Assembly (NCBI GenBank): GCA_023136265.1
Contig: JAGLRN010000069.1
Coordinates: 8,680-72,679, forward strand
Source of the DNA: Thermoplasmata archaeon
Lineage (GTDB): Archaea; Thermoplasmatota; Thermoplasmata; RBG-16-68-12; JAGMCJ01
Direction of reading: 5' to 3'
DNA length: 64,000 nt
Made by a program: the position numbers and the translations under genes. The notes below the pieces were generated by a model. It ran no database searches. It saw nothing but the letters and a program-made list of their open reading frames with translations, and had not been told where the DNA came from. Shown here piece after piece: positions 7,759-17,700 of this stretch. Numbering within the stretch: position 1 is the stretch's first letter; each line of letters begins with the position of its first letter.

Positions 7759-10700
7759 ATGTCACGGAACGAGAGTGGATCTACCATCCAGACCTGGATT
7801 CTGGCTGTCATACTCATGGCGACATCGGCCTTTGCGTTTGCAGGCGGGCAGTTGGCCACGCCAGAGTCAGAAGCTCCCGCGAGAGAGCTCACGGATGTCC
7901 AGGCGGATTCGGTTTTCCACTACGAATCTCACGTTATCACCGCGGAGGAGGTCGAGAGGCTCAAGGCGGAGTTCGGCGTGCGGGACCCGCAGAAGAACTA
8001 CAACATACTGTTCGACGGGTTCGGCACAGGACTCGCCCCGCCGACGGAGGCTGAATGGCAGGCCATGATCGGCATATTGTGGATCGACGGCGTCAACGAC
8101 CCGATGCTCGAGCCCATGGTCGACCACTCACAGGAGCCGCACTTTCCGAAAGTTCGAAGCCAGCAGAGCCAGGGCTCCTGCTCGGCCTGGTCCGTCGCAT
8201 ACTACATAAACGGTTATAACCAGGCGAAGGACCTGAACTGGACGGACGCATCCACGGGGAACAACAACCATCTTATGAGCCCGGCCTTCGTGTACAACAA
8301 GGCAAACTCGGGCTTCGACTCCGGCTCCTGGCCGTCGGGAAACATGGAGGTCATCAAGACCGTCGGGAACTCCGTCTGGGCGGAGATGCCCTACGACGAT
8401 GGCGACGCGATCTCCTGGGGCGATGAGGACGCGTGGAGAAGTGCACCCGAGTTCCGCGGACTGGACTACCAGTTCACGGATCCGTCCAACACGGACATCA
8501 TCAAGGCGTGGGTCGCCGAGGGATACGCCATCTCGATAGTCCTGGATGCAGGCAACTACGGAAGGGGACTCGGAAGCGGCGACGACATTATCAATTCTAC
8601 CGAGCATGTAACGGGGAATCCCAATCACGCGAACACCATCGTGGGATACAACGACAGCAAGGAGGACGACGGTGAGATCGGCGCCTTCAAGGTCGTCAAT
8701 TCCTGGGGCGCTGGCTGGGGCTCTGCTTGGGGAGGCAACGGCTACTACTGGATGACCTACGAGGCCGCGGACGAGCTTCCAAACATGGCCATCAGATTCC
8801 GCGACAGGATCAACCACGAGCCGTCCCTGCTCGGCATCGTGAACATGGACCCCCAGGGCGGCAGAAACGCTCCCGTGACTCTTGGCATCGGTCCGATCAA
8901 CGACCCCACCGCCACTAGATTACCCTGGTGGAGGGGAGGGAACCACGACTTCCCGGCCTTCATGGCGCTGGACTACACCGACTTCAAGAACGAGTGGAGG
9001 ACCGGGCAAAACCTCTTCTTCCTCAGCGTCGGCACGGGGACAGACTACTCGACGATGACATCCTACAAGATTGAGCTTTACGAGGGCGGATACAGTCCAG
9101 GCGTCTACACGCGTGTATCGGACGAATCCCCTGACACGCCGGAGGACACGCCGGGGACTGTAACGGTCTCCTTCTACCCGAGCATGAGGATGTTGAGCCC
9201 TCTCGACGGCGACAACATCAACGGGCTCGTGAACATCTCGGGACTGGCGACGAACCCGATGTGGACGGTCGTTCTCAGAGAGGACTTCGAGGGCTCGTGG
9301 CCCGGCACCTGGGTCGTGGGCGACAGCACGAGCTCTGGAGGTGAGGACTACTGGGGCTTGACCAACACCACGTACTACGATGGTGTGACGAGCGTGTGGT
9401 CCGCGGCATTCGGAGAGTACCTCGAGACCGCTCATACGGAGGATTTCGACAGCGGCGGCCTCATGCCGCCGGATTGGACGACCCTCAGCATGGGTCCGGA
9501 CTCGCACCCGTGGGAGATGAAGCTGGAATCGGGAAGCGACTACATCGCGGAGTGTAGCAGCTTGAATGCGGGACCGGGTACCGACATCACGGAATGGTTA
9601 CAGATGAGCACGGGCTTCGATGCCAGCTCCCAGTCCTCGCTCAACCTCACGTTCTATTTGGACTATCAGCATGGCGACGGAGACGAGTACGCGAGCGTGC
9701 TGTACTCCACGAGCGCCAACTACCCTGCGTTCACGGGACTTCGAACGTGGATGTCCACGACGCAGGGGATTCAAAGCATCGATCTCTCGGCTGCGGCCGG
9801 AGACCCCTCCGTCTATCTCGCGTTCCTCTATCACGGCACGAGTGACCAGCACATGCGGGTCGACGACATCGAGGTCATCGGCGGGCTGCCCAACGGCAAC
9901 AGGCAGCAGTACGACAACGACATGGACGCCTATATGCAGCACGACGTCGACTTGAGCGGGCACGACCTGGCCACTCTCACGTACAACTACTGGGTGGACT
10001 CCGAGAGCGGCGTCGACTACATCTACGTCACATATTACGATGGGGCATGGAACTACGTCGATCCGCACACGGGTGACAGCGGCGGATGGCAGGGCTCGAC
10101 GGTCCCGATCCCGACGACCGCAACCAAGATAGGATTCCACTTCCACAGCGATGGCAGCGGCATGGCAGAGGGCGCCTACGTGGACGACGTCCTACTGCTC
10201 GGCCACGGCGTCATCGATGAGGTCTACGTTAAGATAGACGACGCCTCTTGGACGCTTGCGACGGGGACGGCGAACTGGTACTACGAATGGGACACATCGT
10301 CCCTGCTGGAGGGCTGGCACACCGTGTACGCGAGAGCGGACTACGGTTCCGACTCCACGGAGGACTCCGCTCGGGTCACGATCGACGACACGCTCCCGAT
10401 GAACCCGAACGGCCACACCTCCTCGCACACGCCATCGGTTTGGTCGAACGACGATACCGTGTGGATACGGTGGTATGGGGCTTGGGACAACGTTAGCGGG
10501 ATCGGGGGCTTCGCGGTCGAATGGACGATGAGTCCGACCTCAGTACCCGCGGAGACCGTCGACACGACGGAGGCAGAGACTACCAGCTTCGCGCTCACCG
10601 ACGGCAACAGCTGGTACGTGCATGTCAGGACCGTCGACAAAGCTGGCAACTGGGCAGTAGGTGCATACCACGTCGGACCGTTCTACATAGACACGACGCC

Positions 10701-12564
10701 GCCCGAGAATCCGAACAGCCACAGCTCCAGCCATGCGATACTCGTGTGGTCAGGCGACGACACTATATACATGGAGTGGGCAGGGGCCTCCGACACCATG
10801 AGCGGCGTCTACGGCTACTCGCACAGCTGGTCGTTGAACCCCAACACACTGCCGATCAATATGATAAGTTCCGTTTTCACGAATACCACCAGCTTCCCGC
10901 TGGGTCCGAGCGATAGCTGGTACTTCCACATCAGGGCGAGGGATAACGCGGAAAATTGGGCCTCGACCGCCTATCACGTAGGCCCGTTCTACATAGATGT
11001 TCAGGATCCGTGGACCACTCACGCCTTCACCGGAACGGTGGGCGACTTCGGCTGGTTCGTATCCGACGTCAACATCATTCTCATGCCTGCGGACAATCAC
11101 AGCGGCGTGGACGTGACGACCTACAGGATCAACGGTGCACCATGGACCGTGTACTTCTCGCCGCCGGATGTCGTTGTCGACGGGAACTACCTGGTGGAGT
11201 ACTACTCGGTGGACAACGTCGGCAACTTCGAGATGACGAACATCGGCACCTTCGACAGGGATGCCACCGCCCCGCTCAACCCCGACGGCTTCTCATCGAG
11301 TCATGGTGTCGGGATTTGGTCAGAGGACGACACTATAGACGTCAGCTGGACAGGCGCTTGGGATGCGACGAGCGGCGTATACGGCTACTCGTTCGATTGG
11401 ACGCAGTCACCCGCTACACTTCCTGACACGAACGTGGACTCGACAAGCCCGAGCACGACGAGCCCGCCACTCGGGACGGGCAGCGACTGGTACTTCCACG
11501 TGAGGACTCGAGATGTGGCAGGCAACTGGGCTCCTGACGCCTATCATGTGGGACCGTTCTGCATCGACGTCAGCCCGCCTACAACACTGGACGACGTATG
11601 GGCAGTCCTTGAAGGTGTCGGATGGCGGGATGTCAACATCACTTGGACGTTCGCAACGGACCTCGAATCGGGCGTCCAGAGGTATGACATATACTACGGC
11701 ACGACCTACGATCCGTTGGGGACTGGCTACGTGCTCCTTGGCTCTGTACCTGCTGACACGGACTACCTCGTTCATGCTAGTGGCGGAGAGGGGGACTTCA
11801 GCAACCACTTCTATCAGATCAGGGCGGTGGACCAAGCCAACAACTCGGCGCCTTACGCGACCCAGGCAGGTAAGTATGTGAAGAACCTTGCTCCGGGTTG
11901 GAAGCTTCTCTCGGTCCCGCTGGAGCAGAAGGATGAGTCCGTAGGTGCGGTACTCAGGACATTGGACTTCGACACCGCGCGCTACTACTATGCAGGAAGC
12001 TGGAAGAGCTACTCCACGCAGAAGAACTACTGCACACTGGAACAGATTGGCACGAACATGGGGATATGGGTAAACGTCATGAGCGGCTCCAATCTGACCG
12101 TAGCCGGCAGGGTCCCAACGGCGACCCTCGTAAACCTGGAAAAAGGGTGGAACCTCGTTGGCTTTCCGTCATTTGGTACAAGCTACACAATCGCGGACCT
12201 GAAATTCGATTCAGGGGCGATTAGAGTGGAGACGTTCAACGCATTCTCGCCACCTTACTTCCTTAGGGTCGCGAACGACATCGAGACGATGACAGCGGGC
12301 AATGGCTACTGGATCGAGGTCTCTATGTCGGGAACATGGACTGTGATGAATGAGGCGGGCAATCCGCAGGACCCGAAGGATTCCGCGGGCAATGAAGGAC
12401 TCAAATCTCTCCCGCCAGGAAACCAGGGCACATCAACCTCGGAGCCGGATCCCGCTCAAGTCGCTGGAGTTCAGGCCGCTCAGCAAATCGATATTCCCAG
12501 CCTGCTAGCACTCGCGCTCGTTTCGCTAATCGCTCTGCTGGGCACTGTTTTTCGCCGCCACTGA
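7759..12564 (+). CDS. Giant secreted, membrane-anchored protein. Its domains are an N-terminal signal peptide, a papain-like (C1) peptidase domain, about 100-aa SSH/W-DDT repeats, an FN3-like domain, a C-terminal module shared with two other proteins in the window, a low-complexity linker and a C-terminal TM anchor
   Basis: Signal peptide MSRNESGSTIQTWILAVILMATSAFAFAG. C1 peptidase motifs QGSCSAWSVAYY (Cys region), HANTIVGYND (His) and NSWGAGWGSAWGGNGYYWM (Asn/Trp). The repeat is ...SSH...W..DDT...W.GA.D..SG..GY...W...P.TLP...WY.H.R..D.AGNWA..AYHVGPFYID. The C-terminus is ...LLALALVSLIALLGTVFRRH. Confidence 0.75.
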   Translation: MSRNESGSTIQTWILAVILMATSAFAFAGGQLATPESEAPARELTDVQADSVFHYESHVITAEEVERLKAEFGVRDPQKNYNILFDGFGTGLAPPTEAEWQAMIGILWIDGVNDPMLEPMVDHSQEPHFPKVRSQQSQGSCSAWSVAYYINGYNQAKDLNWTDASTGNNNHLMSPAFVYNKANSGFDSGSWPSGNMEVIKTVGNSVWAEMPYDDGDAISWGDEDAWRSAPEFRGLDYQFTDPSNTDIIKAWVAEGYAISIVLDAGNYGRGLGSGDDIINSTEHVTGNPNHANTIVGYNDSKEDDGEIGAFKVVNSWGAGWGSAWGGNGYYWMTYEAADELPNMAIRFRDRINHEPSLLGIVNMDPQGGRNAPVTLGIGPINDPTATRLPWWRGGNHDFPAFMALDYTDFKNEWRTGQNLFFLSVGTGTDYSTMTSYKIELYEGGYSPGVYTRVSDESPDTPEDTPGTVTVSFYPSMRMLSPLDGDNINGLVNISGLATNPMWTVVLREDFEGSWPGTWVVGDSTSSGGEDYWGLTNTTYYDGVTSVWSAAFGEYLETAHTEDFDSGGLMPPDWTTLSMGPDSHPWEMKLESGSDYIAECSSLNAGPGTDITEWLQMSTGFDASSQSSLNLTFYLDYQHGDGDEYASVLYSTSANYPAFTGLRTWMSTTQGIQSIDLSAAAGDPSVYLAFLYHGTSDQHMRVDDIEVIGGLPNGNRQQYDNDMDAYMQHDVDLSGHDLATLTYNYWVDSESGVDYIYVTYYDGAWNYVDPHTGDSGGWQGSTVPIPTTATKIGFHFHSDGSGMAEGAYVDDVLLLGHGVIDEVYVKIDDASWTLATGTANWYYEWDTSSLLEGWHTVYARADYGSDSTEDSARVTIDDTLPMNPNGHTSSHTPSVWSNDDTVWIRWYGAWDNVSGIGGFAVEWTMSPTSVPAETVDTTEAETTSFALTDGNSWYVHVRTVDKAGNWAVGAYHVGPFYIDTTPPENPNSHSSSHAILVWSGDDTIYMEWAGASDTMSGVYGYSHSWSLNPNTLPINMISSVFTNTTSFPLGPSDSWYFHIRARDNAENWASTAYHVGPFYIDVQDPWTTHAFTGTVGDFGWFVSDVNIILMPADNHSGVDVTTYRINGAPWTVYFSPPDVVVDGNYLVEYYSVDNVGNFEMTNIGTFDRDATAPLNPDGFSSSHGVGIWSEDDTIDVSWTGAWDATSGVYGYSFDWTQSPATLPDTNVDSTSPSTTSPPLGTGSDWYFHVRTRDVAGNWAPDAYHVGPFCIDVSPPTTLDDVWAVLEGVGWRDVNITWTFATDLESGVQRYDIYYGTTYDPLGTGYVLLGSVPADTDYLVHASGGEGDFSNHFYQIRAVDQANNSAPYATQAGKYVKNLAPGWKLLSVPLEQKDESVGAVLRTLDFDTARYYYAGSWKSYSTQKNYCTLEQIGTNMGIWVNVMSGSNLTVAGRVPTATLVNLEKGWNLVGFPSFGTSYTIADLKFDSGAIRVETFNAFSPPYFLRVANDIETMTAGNGYWIEVSMSGTWTVMNEAGNPQDPKDSAGNEGLKSLPPGNQGTSTSEPDPAQVAGVQAAQQIDIPSLLALALVSLIALLGTVFRRH
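10400..11580 (+). repeat. Three or four tandem coding repeats of about 300 nt (100 aa) inside the giant protease-like gene
   Basis: Repeated peptide NP(N/D)GH(T/S)SSH...VWS.DDT...W.GAWD..SG..GYS..W...P.TLP...WY.HVRT.D.AGNWA..AYHVGPFYID at 10400, 10700 and 11270, with an unrelated insert between copies 2 and 3. Confidence 0.6.
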
Positions 12565-12583
12565 GTTCGGAGACCAACAACGA

Positions 12584-12964
12584 CTATTCCTGAGGCTGAG
12601 GCAAGCTCTCGAAGAGCGCCTGAACAGCCCCGTCGGGATCCTGGAAGACAGCAAACCAGCCTATGTTCGGGATCTCAGTCTTTGGAACGAGTATCTTACC
12701 ACCTAGGTCTTCGATCTTCTTCGACGTCTCGTCGACCGAGTCCACATTGATGTGGTTCAGAACTCCGTGTGAAGGCTGGCCCTCTTCTGGGACGAACAGC
12801 CCACCATGCGGCGGTGTCGGCGCGTAGAAAAGAGTGTAATCCATCTCGGGAACGTCCTCAAACTTCCAACCAAAGACCTCGCCATAGAACTCCTTGCTCT
12901 TCTCCTTGTCCTTCACAGGGATTTCTATGTGGGTGAAGCTTCCATGCTTAGGTTCTTCCGGCAT
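12584..12964 (-). CDS. Glyoxalase/bleomycin-resistance/VOC family protein
   Basis: HIEIPVKDKEKSKEFYGEVFGWKFED...HINVDSVDETSKKIEDLGGKIL...GWFAVFQDPDGAVQALFE. The likely start is the internal MPEEPKHG; the listed ORF extends to 13075. Confidence 0.7.
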   Translation of the reverse strand: MPEEPKHGSFTHIEIPVKDKEKSKEFYGEVFGWKFEDVPEMDYTLFYAPTPPHGGLFVPEEGQPSHGVLNHINVDSVDETSKKIEDLGGKILVPKTEIPNIGWFAVFQDPDGAVQALFESLPQPQE

Positions 12965-13400
12965 AATCAACCCCCTATGACCGACCCGAGTGAATACGAG
13001 ACTTAAAAGCTTGCGGGGGGAGATGAGTGAAAGCAGAAAATGCAGAGAGGGGTCCAGCTCGATCGCTGCGTTCATGGGACGGACCTGTCCGCCCCGTATG
13101 ACCCCTTTCCTACTGGGGGCGAAGGGCTCTGGCAGCCAGCCAGTCAGCGCCTGCGTTCCCCGCCTCGTTCCGAACGTACCTCACTCCTCCATACGAGGAC
13201 GTTCCAGTTCCCCTGTGGGGGGTTGCGCTTCTTGTGGTTCTTCCGGACGTTTCAATCACCTCAACCTATACTGAGGATGGTCACAGGGTTAGACTTGAGC
13301 GGTAAGAAGTGAACGAAAAGTGACCACTTTCGGGCACTTTCGGGCGCCATCCCGTGCGCTGAACAAGGTTTATTTACCAATCCAGCCGATGACATGACGG

Positions 13401-14180
13401 ATGAAGAAGATCAGAATCAAGAGATGGAGAGACGGCGATGTTCAGGAGGTCGAGGATGTCGTCGCCGAAGAGACGTTCCTCCATCTGGAGATCAACGAGA
13501 AGATCGGTTTTGACACGATAGTCTCCTCTCAGAACATCAAGGAGTTCGCTTACGGTAATCTCTTCGCCGAGGGCTTCATCGATGAGCCCTCTGACATCAA
13601 GACGTACTCGGAGAGGGAGAAGGACGGGAACTTCCAGATAGACGTCACGATCGACATGGACTCGGACATCTCCTACAGAAGGAACTACAACATACTCTGG
13701 ACGGACTGCACGGCGCCCTCGGACATACAGAAGAGGATCGGGGACAGGATCGGCAAGATCGACTCCCCGCTCAAGGTCAGGGCCTCGGACATCCCGCTCG
13801 TGCACAAGAGGATATCCGACCACGTGGACGTGTACAAGCAGACCGGCGCTTACCACTACGCGTTCCTCTTCGACGGAGAGATGGAGATCATGTCGGTGGC
13901 CTTCGACGTCAGCCGCCACAACGCGGTGGACAAGGTCATCGGATCCACATTCCTCGCGGGCGACACTTTCACGGACAAGGCCCTCTTCGTGACTGGCCGG
14001 ATAACGTCCAACATGATTTGGAAATGCCTGCGGGCGGGGATTCCGCTCGCCATGTCCAGGAGCGCACCACTGTTGGAGGCCATCGAGCTGGCGAAGGCGT
14101 ATGACATGGGAGTGATAGGCTTCGCCCGCGGGAAGCGGTTCAACCTGTACTGCGGGGACAGATTCATCGAGTTCGGGTGA
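13401..14180 (+). CDS. fdhD: Formate dehydrogenase accessory sulfurtransferase FdhD
   Basis: The conserved SRHNAVDKVIGS motif of the FdhD/NarQ family and a Cys in WTDCTAP. 259 aa. Confidence 0.7.
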   Translation: MKKIRIKRWRDGDVQEVEDVVAEETFLHLEINEKIGFDTIVSSQNIKEFAYGNLFAEGFIDEPSDIKTYSEREKDGNFQIDVTIDMDSDISYRRNYNILWTDCTAPSDIQKRIGDRIGKIDSPLKVRASDIPLVHKRISDHVDVYKQTGAYHYAFLFDGEMEIMSVAFDVSRHNAVDKVIGSTFLAGDTFTDKALFVTGRITSNMIWKCLRAGIPLAMSRSAPLLEAIELAKAYDMGVIGFARGKRFNLYCGDRFIEFG

Positions 14181-14187
14181 TTGCCTG

Positions 14188-14748
14188 ATGCATGTCTCCG
14201 TGGCGATTCTGACCGGCGGGAACTCCTCCCGCTTCGGGCGGTCCAAGCAGCTCCACGAGATCGAGGGCAGACCGCTCTACAGCATGTGCTACGAGAAGTT
14301 CACGCCCCTATCGGACGACGTCTTCCTCCAGGGAGGCTTCGCGGGCGCTGACGTTGACGTTCGTGGGGACATTGTGAGCGGCGTGGGACCGATCGGAGGG
14401 CTCTACTCGGCCCTCATGAACGCGAGACACGAGCGAGTGTTCGTCCTCGCGTGCGACATGCCGCATCTGGACCCGAGGATCCTGACCCTCCTCCTGGAGC
14501 ACGGGGAGAGCGAGCTCGTCGTTCCGAAATGGAGGAACGGGTATCTGGAGCCGCTCTGCTCGCTCTATTCGAAAACGCAGGCGCCGATCCTGAGGGAGAT
14601 GATGGACGGAGGCGTCCTCAAGATATCGAGGCTCTTCACGAAGGTGGAGAGGTCAGAGTTCCCCGTGATCGATGATTGGATCGAGGAAGGCCTCATCTCG
14701 AAGGACTGCTTCCTCAACATGAACGAGATGCCGGACTACAGGGACTAG
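14188..14748 (+). CDS. mobA: Molybdenum cofactor guanylyltransferase MobA
   Basis: N-terminal AILTGGNSSRFGRSK (the GGxSxRxG nucleotide-binding motif) and ACDMPHL. 186 aa. Confidence 0.8.
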   Translation: MHVSVAILTGGNSSRFGRSKQLHEIEGRPLYSMCYEKFTPLSDDVFLQGGFAGADVDVRGDIVSGVGPIGGLYSALMNARHERVFVLACDMPHLDPRILTLLLEHGESELVVPKWRNGYLEPLCSLYSKTQAPILREMMDGGVLKISRLFTKVERSEFPVIDDWIEEGLISKDCFLNMNEMPDYRD

Positions 14749-14749
14749 C

Positions 14750-17700
14750 CTACTCTTCCTGGGGCTCTTCCTGAATCAAGAGCCTGGGCAGCATTCTGGC
14801 TGTCTCGATCGTCGCCTTGCCAGAGCTCAAGAGCTCCTGGACATCCTTCTTGAGGAGCTTCGCTCCCCTTGGCGGGTAGACCATCCCGATGAGCGCGTCC
14901 TCGACCACGTACTTCCTCGGGATGAGTGCCAAACCGTGCTGGACGCCTTCGACGACGATGCAGCTCGTCACCTCTCCGATGACCGCCTTCCCTCTCACAA
15001 CGAACAATCCCGGACGGACGACCCTTATGCCCTTCCTCTCCATTCTGAAGCGGACGACCTCCCGCTTCCTGTCGAACGCCTTCTCGACGGCCCTCTGCCT
15101 GCCGACGAAGAACGGCTTGTGGAGCTTGACGAACGACCCGTATCCAGCCTCAGTCGGGAAGAGGTCGTGCTTGCCCGCCAGCTCGTTGCCCCAGAGCGGG
15201 AATCCCGCCTCGGTCCTCGTCGAGTCCCTCGCCCCCAGCCCCGCCGGCTTCACGCCGAAGAGTTTGCCCGCCTCAAGGATGAGATTCCACAGCTTGGGCG
15301 CCTTCTTCGGATGAATGAATAGCTCGTAGCCGTACTCCTCTCCCGTGTATCCTGTGCGGGAGATAATCAGAGGGGTGGCGGCTATCCTCGCTCTCATCAG
15401 TTCAAACCTACCGAGCGACCAGAGCTTCCTCCTGTCCTTCTCCCCTTGGACGAGTTCCATGAGGACCTCGCGGGACTTGGGTCCCTGCAGCGCGATGTCC
15501 ACCCGCTGGTCCCTCCCGCTCGATAGGTCCTTCAGGTCCCTCACGGAGACATCCCTGGTCGCCTCGACCGTTGGGTGCTCGCGGCTCAGGAGATATTCCC
15601 CGGTGCTCGCAGCCTGAAGCCAGGCGAACACCTTCTCCGCGTTCACGGCGTTCGCGACGACCATGTAATCGTCCTCGCCGATCTTGTAGATGAAGATGTC
15701 ATCGATGACGCGCCCCTCGATGTCCAGCACGTAGGAGTACTGCGACTCGCCGGGTCTGAGCCATCGTACGTAGTTCGTCGTCACGGCATCCAGGAACTCC
15801 GTCGCATCCCTGCCCTGAACGCTCAGGACGCCCATGTGGCTCACGTCGAAGAGCCCGGCCGTCTCGCGGACCGCCCTGTGCTCCTCCGCGATGCTCGTGT
15901 AGAGTATGGGCATCTCCCAGCCTGCGAAGGGCTTCATCGAGGTCTCCTTGGTCAGCTTCAGGTGCTCCTCGTACAGGCAGCTCCTCCGCAGCGGGATGTC
16001 CTCCGGCTCGTACCTGTATATCCTCTTCCGCGACCTCTGGCGAAGGAAGTCCCGCTGACCGATAAAGTAGGGTTTCGTCATGTCCATGAACTCCTTGCGC
16101 CTCAGGACGATCTCGCTCGCGTGGGCCTTCCTCCTGCCGTAGATGGGGAGGTAGCGCCTCTTCCGCATCTCCAGCTCGGCGTCCATCCCCGCCGGGCCCA
16201 CGCCCATCCTCTTTCCGGCGTCCAGTAGAGCGTTCCAGAGGTCCACGCACTTGCGCCTGCTGACGATCAGATGATATCTCTCGCACTTGAGGTGCATCCC
16301 GGACCATCCGATCGTGACTCTGATGCCATCCAGGGAGGCCTTCACCGCACCTCTGCCGTCCCATTTCTTCAGCTCTGGTGAGAGCTTGTTCAGCATCCTT
16401 AGGCTCTTATGCCCATGCAGGATTATGCTCGTCTTCCCATCACGCTTCAGGTCCCTCACTATGACGGGACCTTGGACCTTTCTGAAGATGTCGTCATCGA
16501 ATATGACGTAGGAATCGGAAAGCGCGCGGAACCACAGCTTGACCGTGTCCGCGTTCTGAGGGTTTGCAACAACGATGAACCTGTCCCTTCCCGTCTTGTC
16601 GGGGGTTTCCCTCATCACGACGACATCGTCGATTATCCTCCCCTCCTTGTCCAGAACCAGGGTCCTCAGGCTGTCACCGAATTCCATCCCACGAATCGGC
16701 CCCGTGCAGACCTCATCGAGGAAGGGTCTTGCCCGCCACCCGACGACCTCAAGCAGCCCGTGCGTCCAGCCGTCCAGGACGCCCGCCGTTTTCGAGATCT
16801 TCTCGAGGTCCTTCTTCGGCGTGTGATAGACCGCAGGAATCCTCCACCCGCCGACCCTCCTCATTTTGGCGCGGGACATCCTGTGAATCCCCTCAAGAGG
16901 ATTCTCGACTTCCTCACCTTCGCCGGTGCCATAGTGCGGATAGCCGTGTCTCGGTGCGGGCACCTCGCTCCTTGCCTCCTTGACAAGCTCGTCGACGTCT
17001 CGCTTGACCTCCTCGAGTATCCTGAGCTCGATCTTCCCCCTGCCCACGTCCTTCTCCCGACCGACGTAGTGGAAGGGCTGGATGTTCGTCAGGACCCTGT
17101 GGGCCAAGGCGGCGATCTTCTCCATCTGGCTCTTCCCGAACCCTCGCTGCGTCACCCACGTCGTGCCGAAGCGTACCGCGCTCGGGTGTATGGCATTCTC
17201 ATCGTACGGGATCGTGTTCTTGTTGATGACGATACCGCAGAGCTCCATGATGCGGGAGGCTATCTCGCCCGTGAGCGGGTAGCCGGTCTTCGTCTTGATG
17301 TCCCTGAGGTCAATGAGCAACAGGTGGCTGTCAGTCCCGCCGTAGGCCACCGTGAGCCCGAGCTTCTTGAACGAGCTCACCAGATGCTTCGCGTTCTCCA
17401 CGATCCTCCTCGTCAGCTCCCTGAACTCGGGCGTCTTGGCTATCTCGAAGCACACGGCCTTCGCGATGACGTTGTTCAGGTGCGGCCCGCTCTGCTCTCC
17501 CGGGAAGACCGCCCGGTCCAGCGCCTTCGCCTTCTCCTTGTCCGTGGTCAGGAGGACGGCCCCGCGAGGACCGCAGATCGACTTCTGGGTCGTGAACATG
17601 ACCACGTCCGCGTATCCTATCGGGTTGTTGAACTGCCCGCCGACGATGAGACCTGCGACGTGAGCCATGTCCGCGAGGAGAATGGCCCCGCCAGCCGCGT

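Noticed and set aside
8168-8195. Calling the 7759 protein an active papain-family protease outright
   Set aside because: The His and Asn regions are canonical, but the nucleophile motif is QGSCSAWS rather than QGxCGSCW. Activity is left open (see finding).
13374-14246. 290-aa minus-strand ORF antisense to fdhD
   Set aside because: fdhD on the plus strand has the conserved RHNAVDK motif. The antisense translation is compositionally biased.
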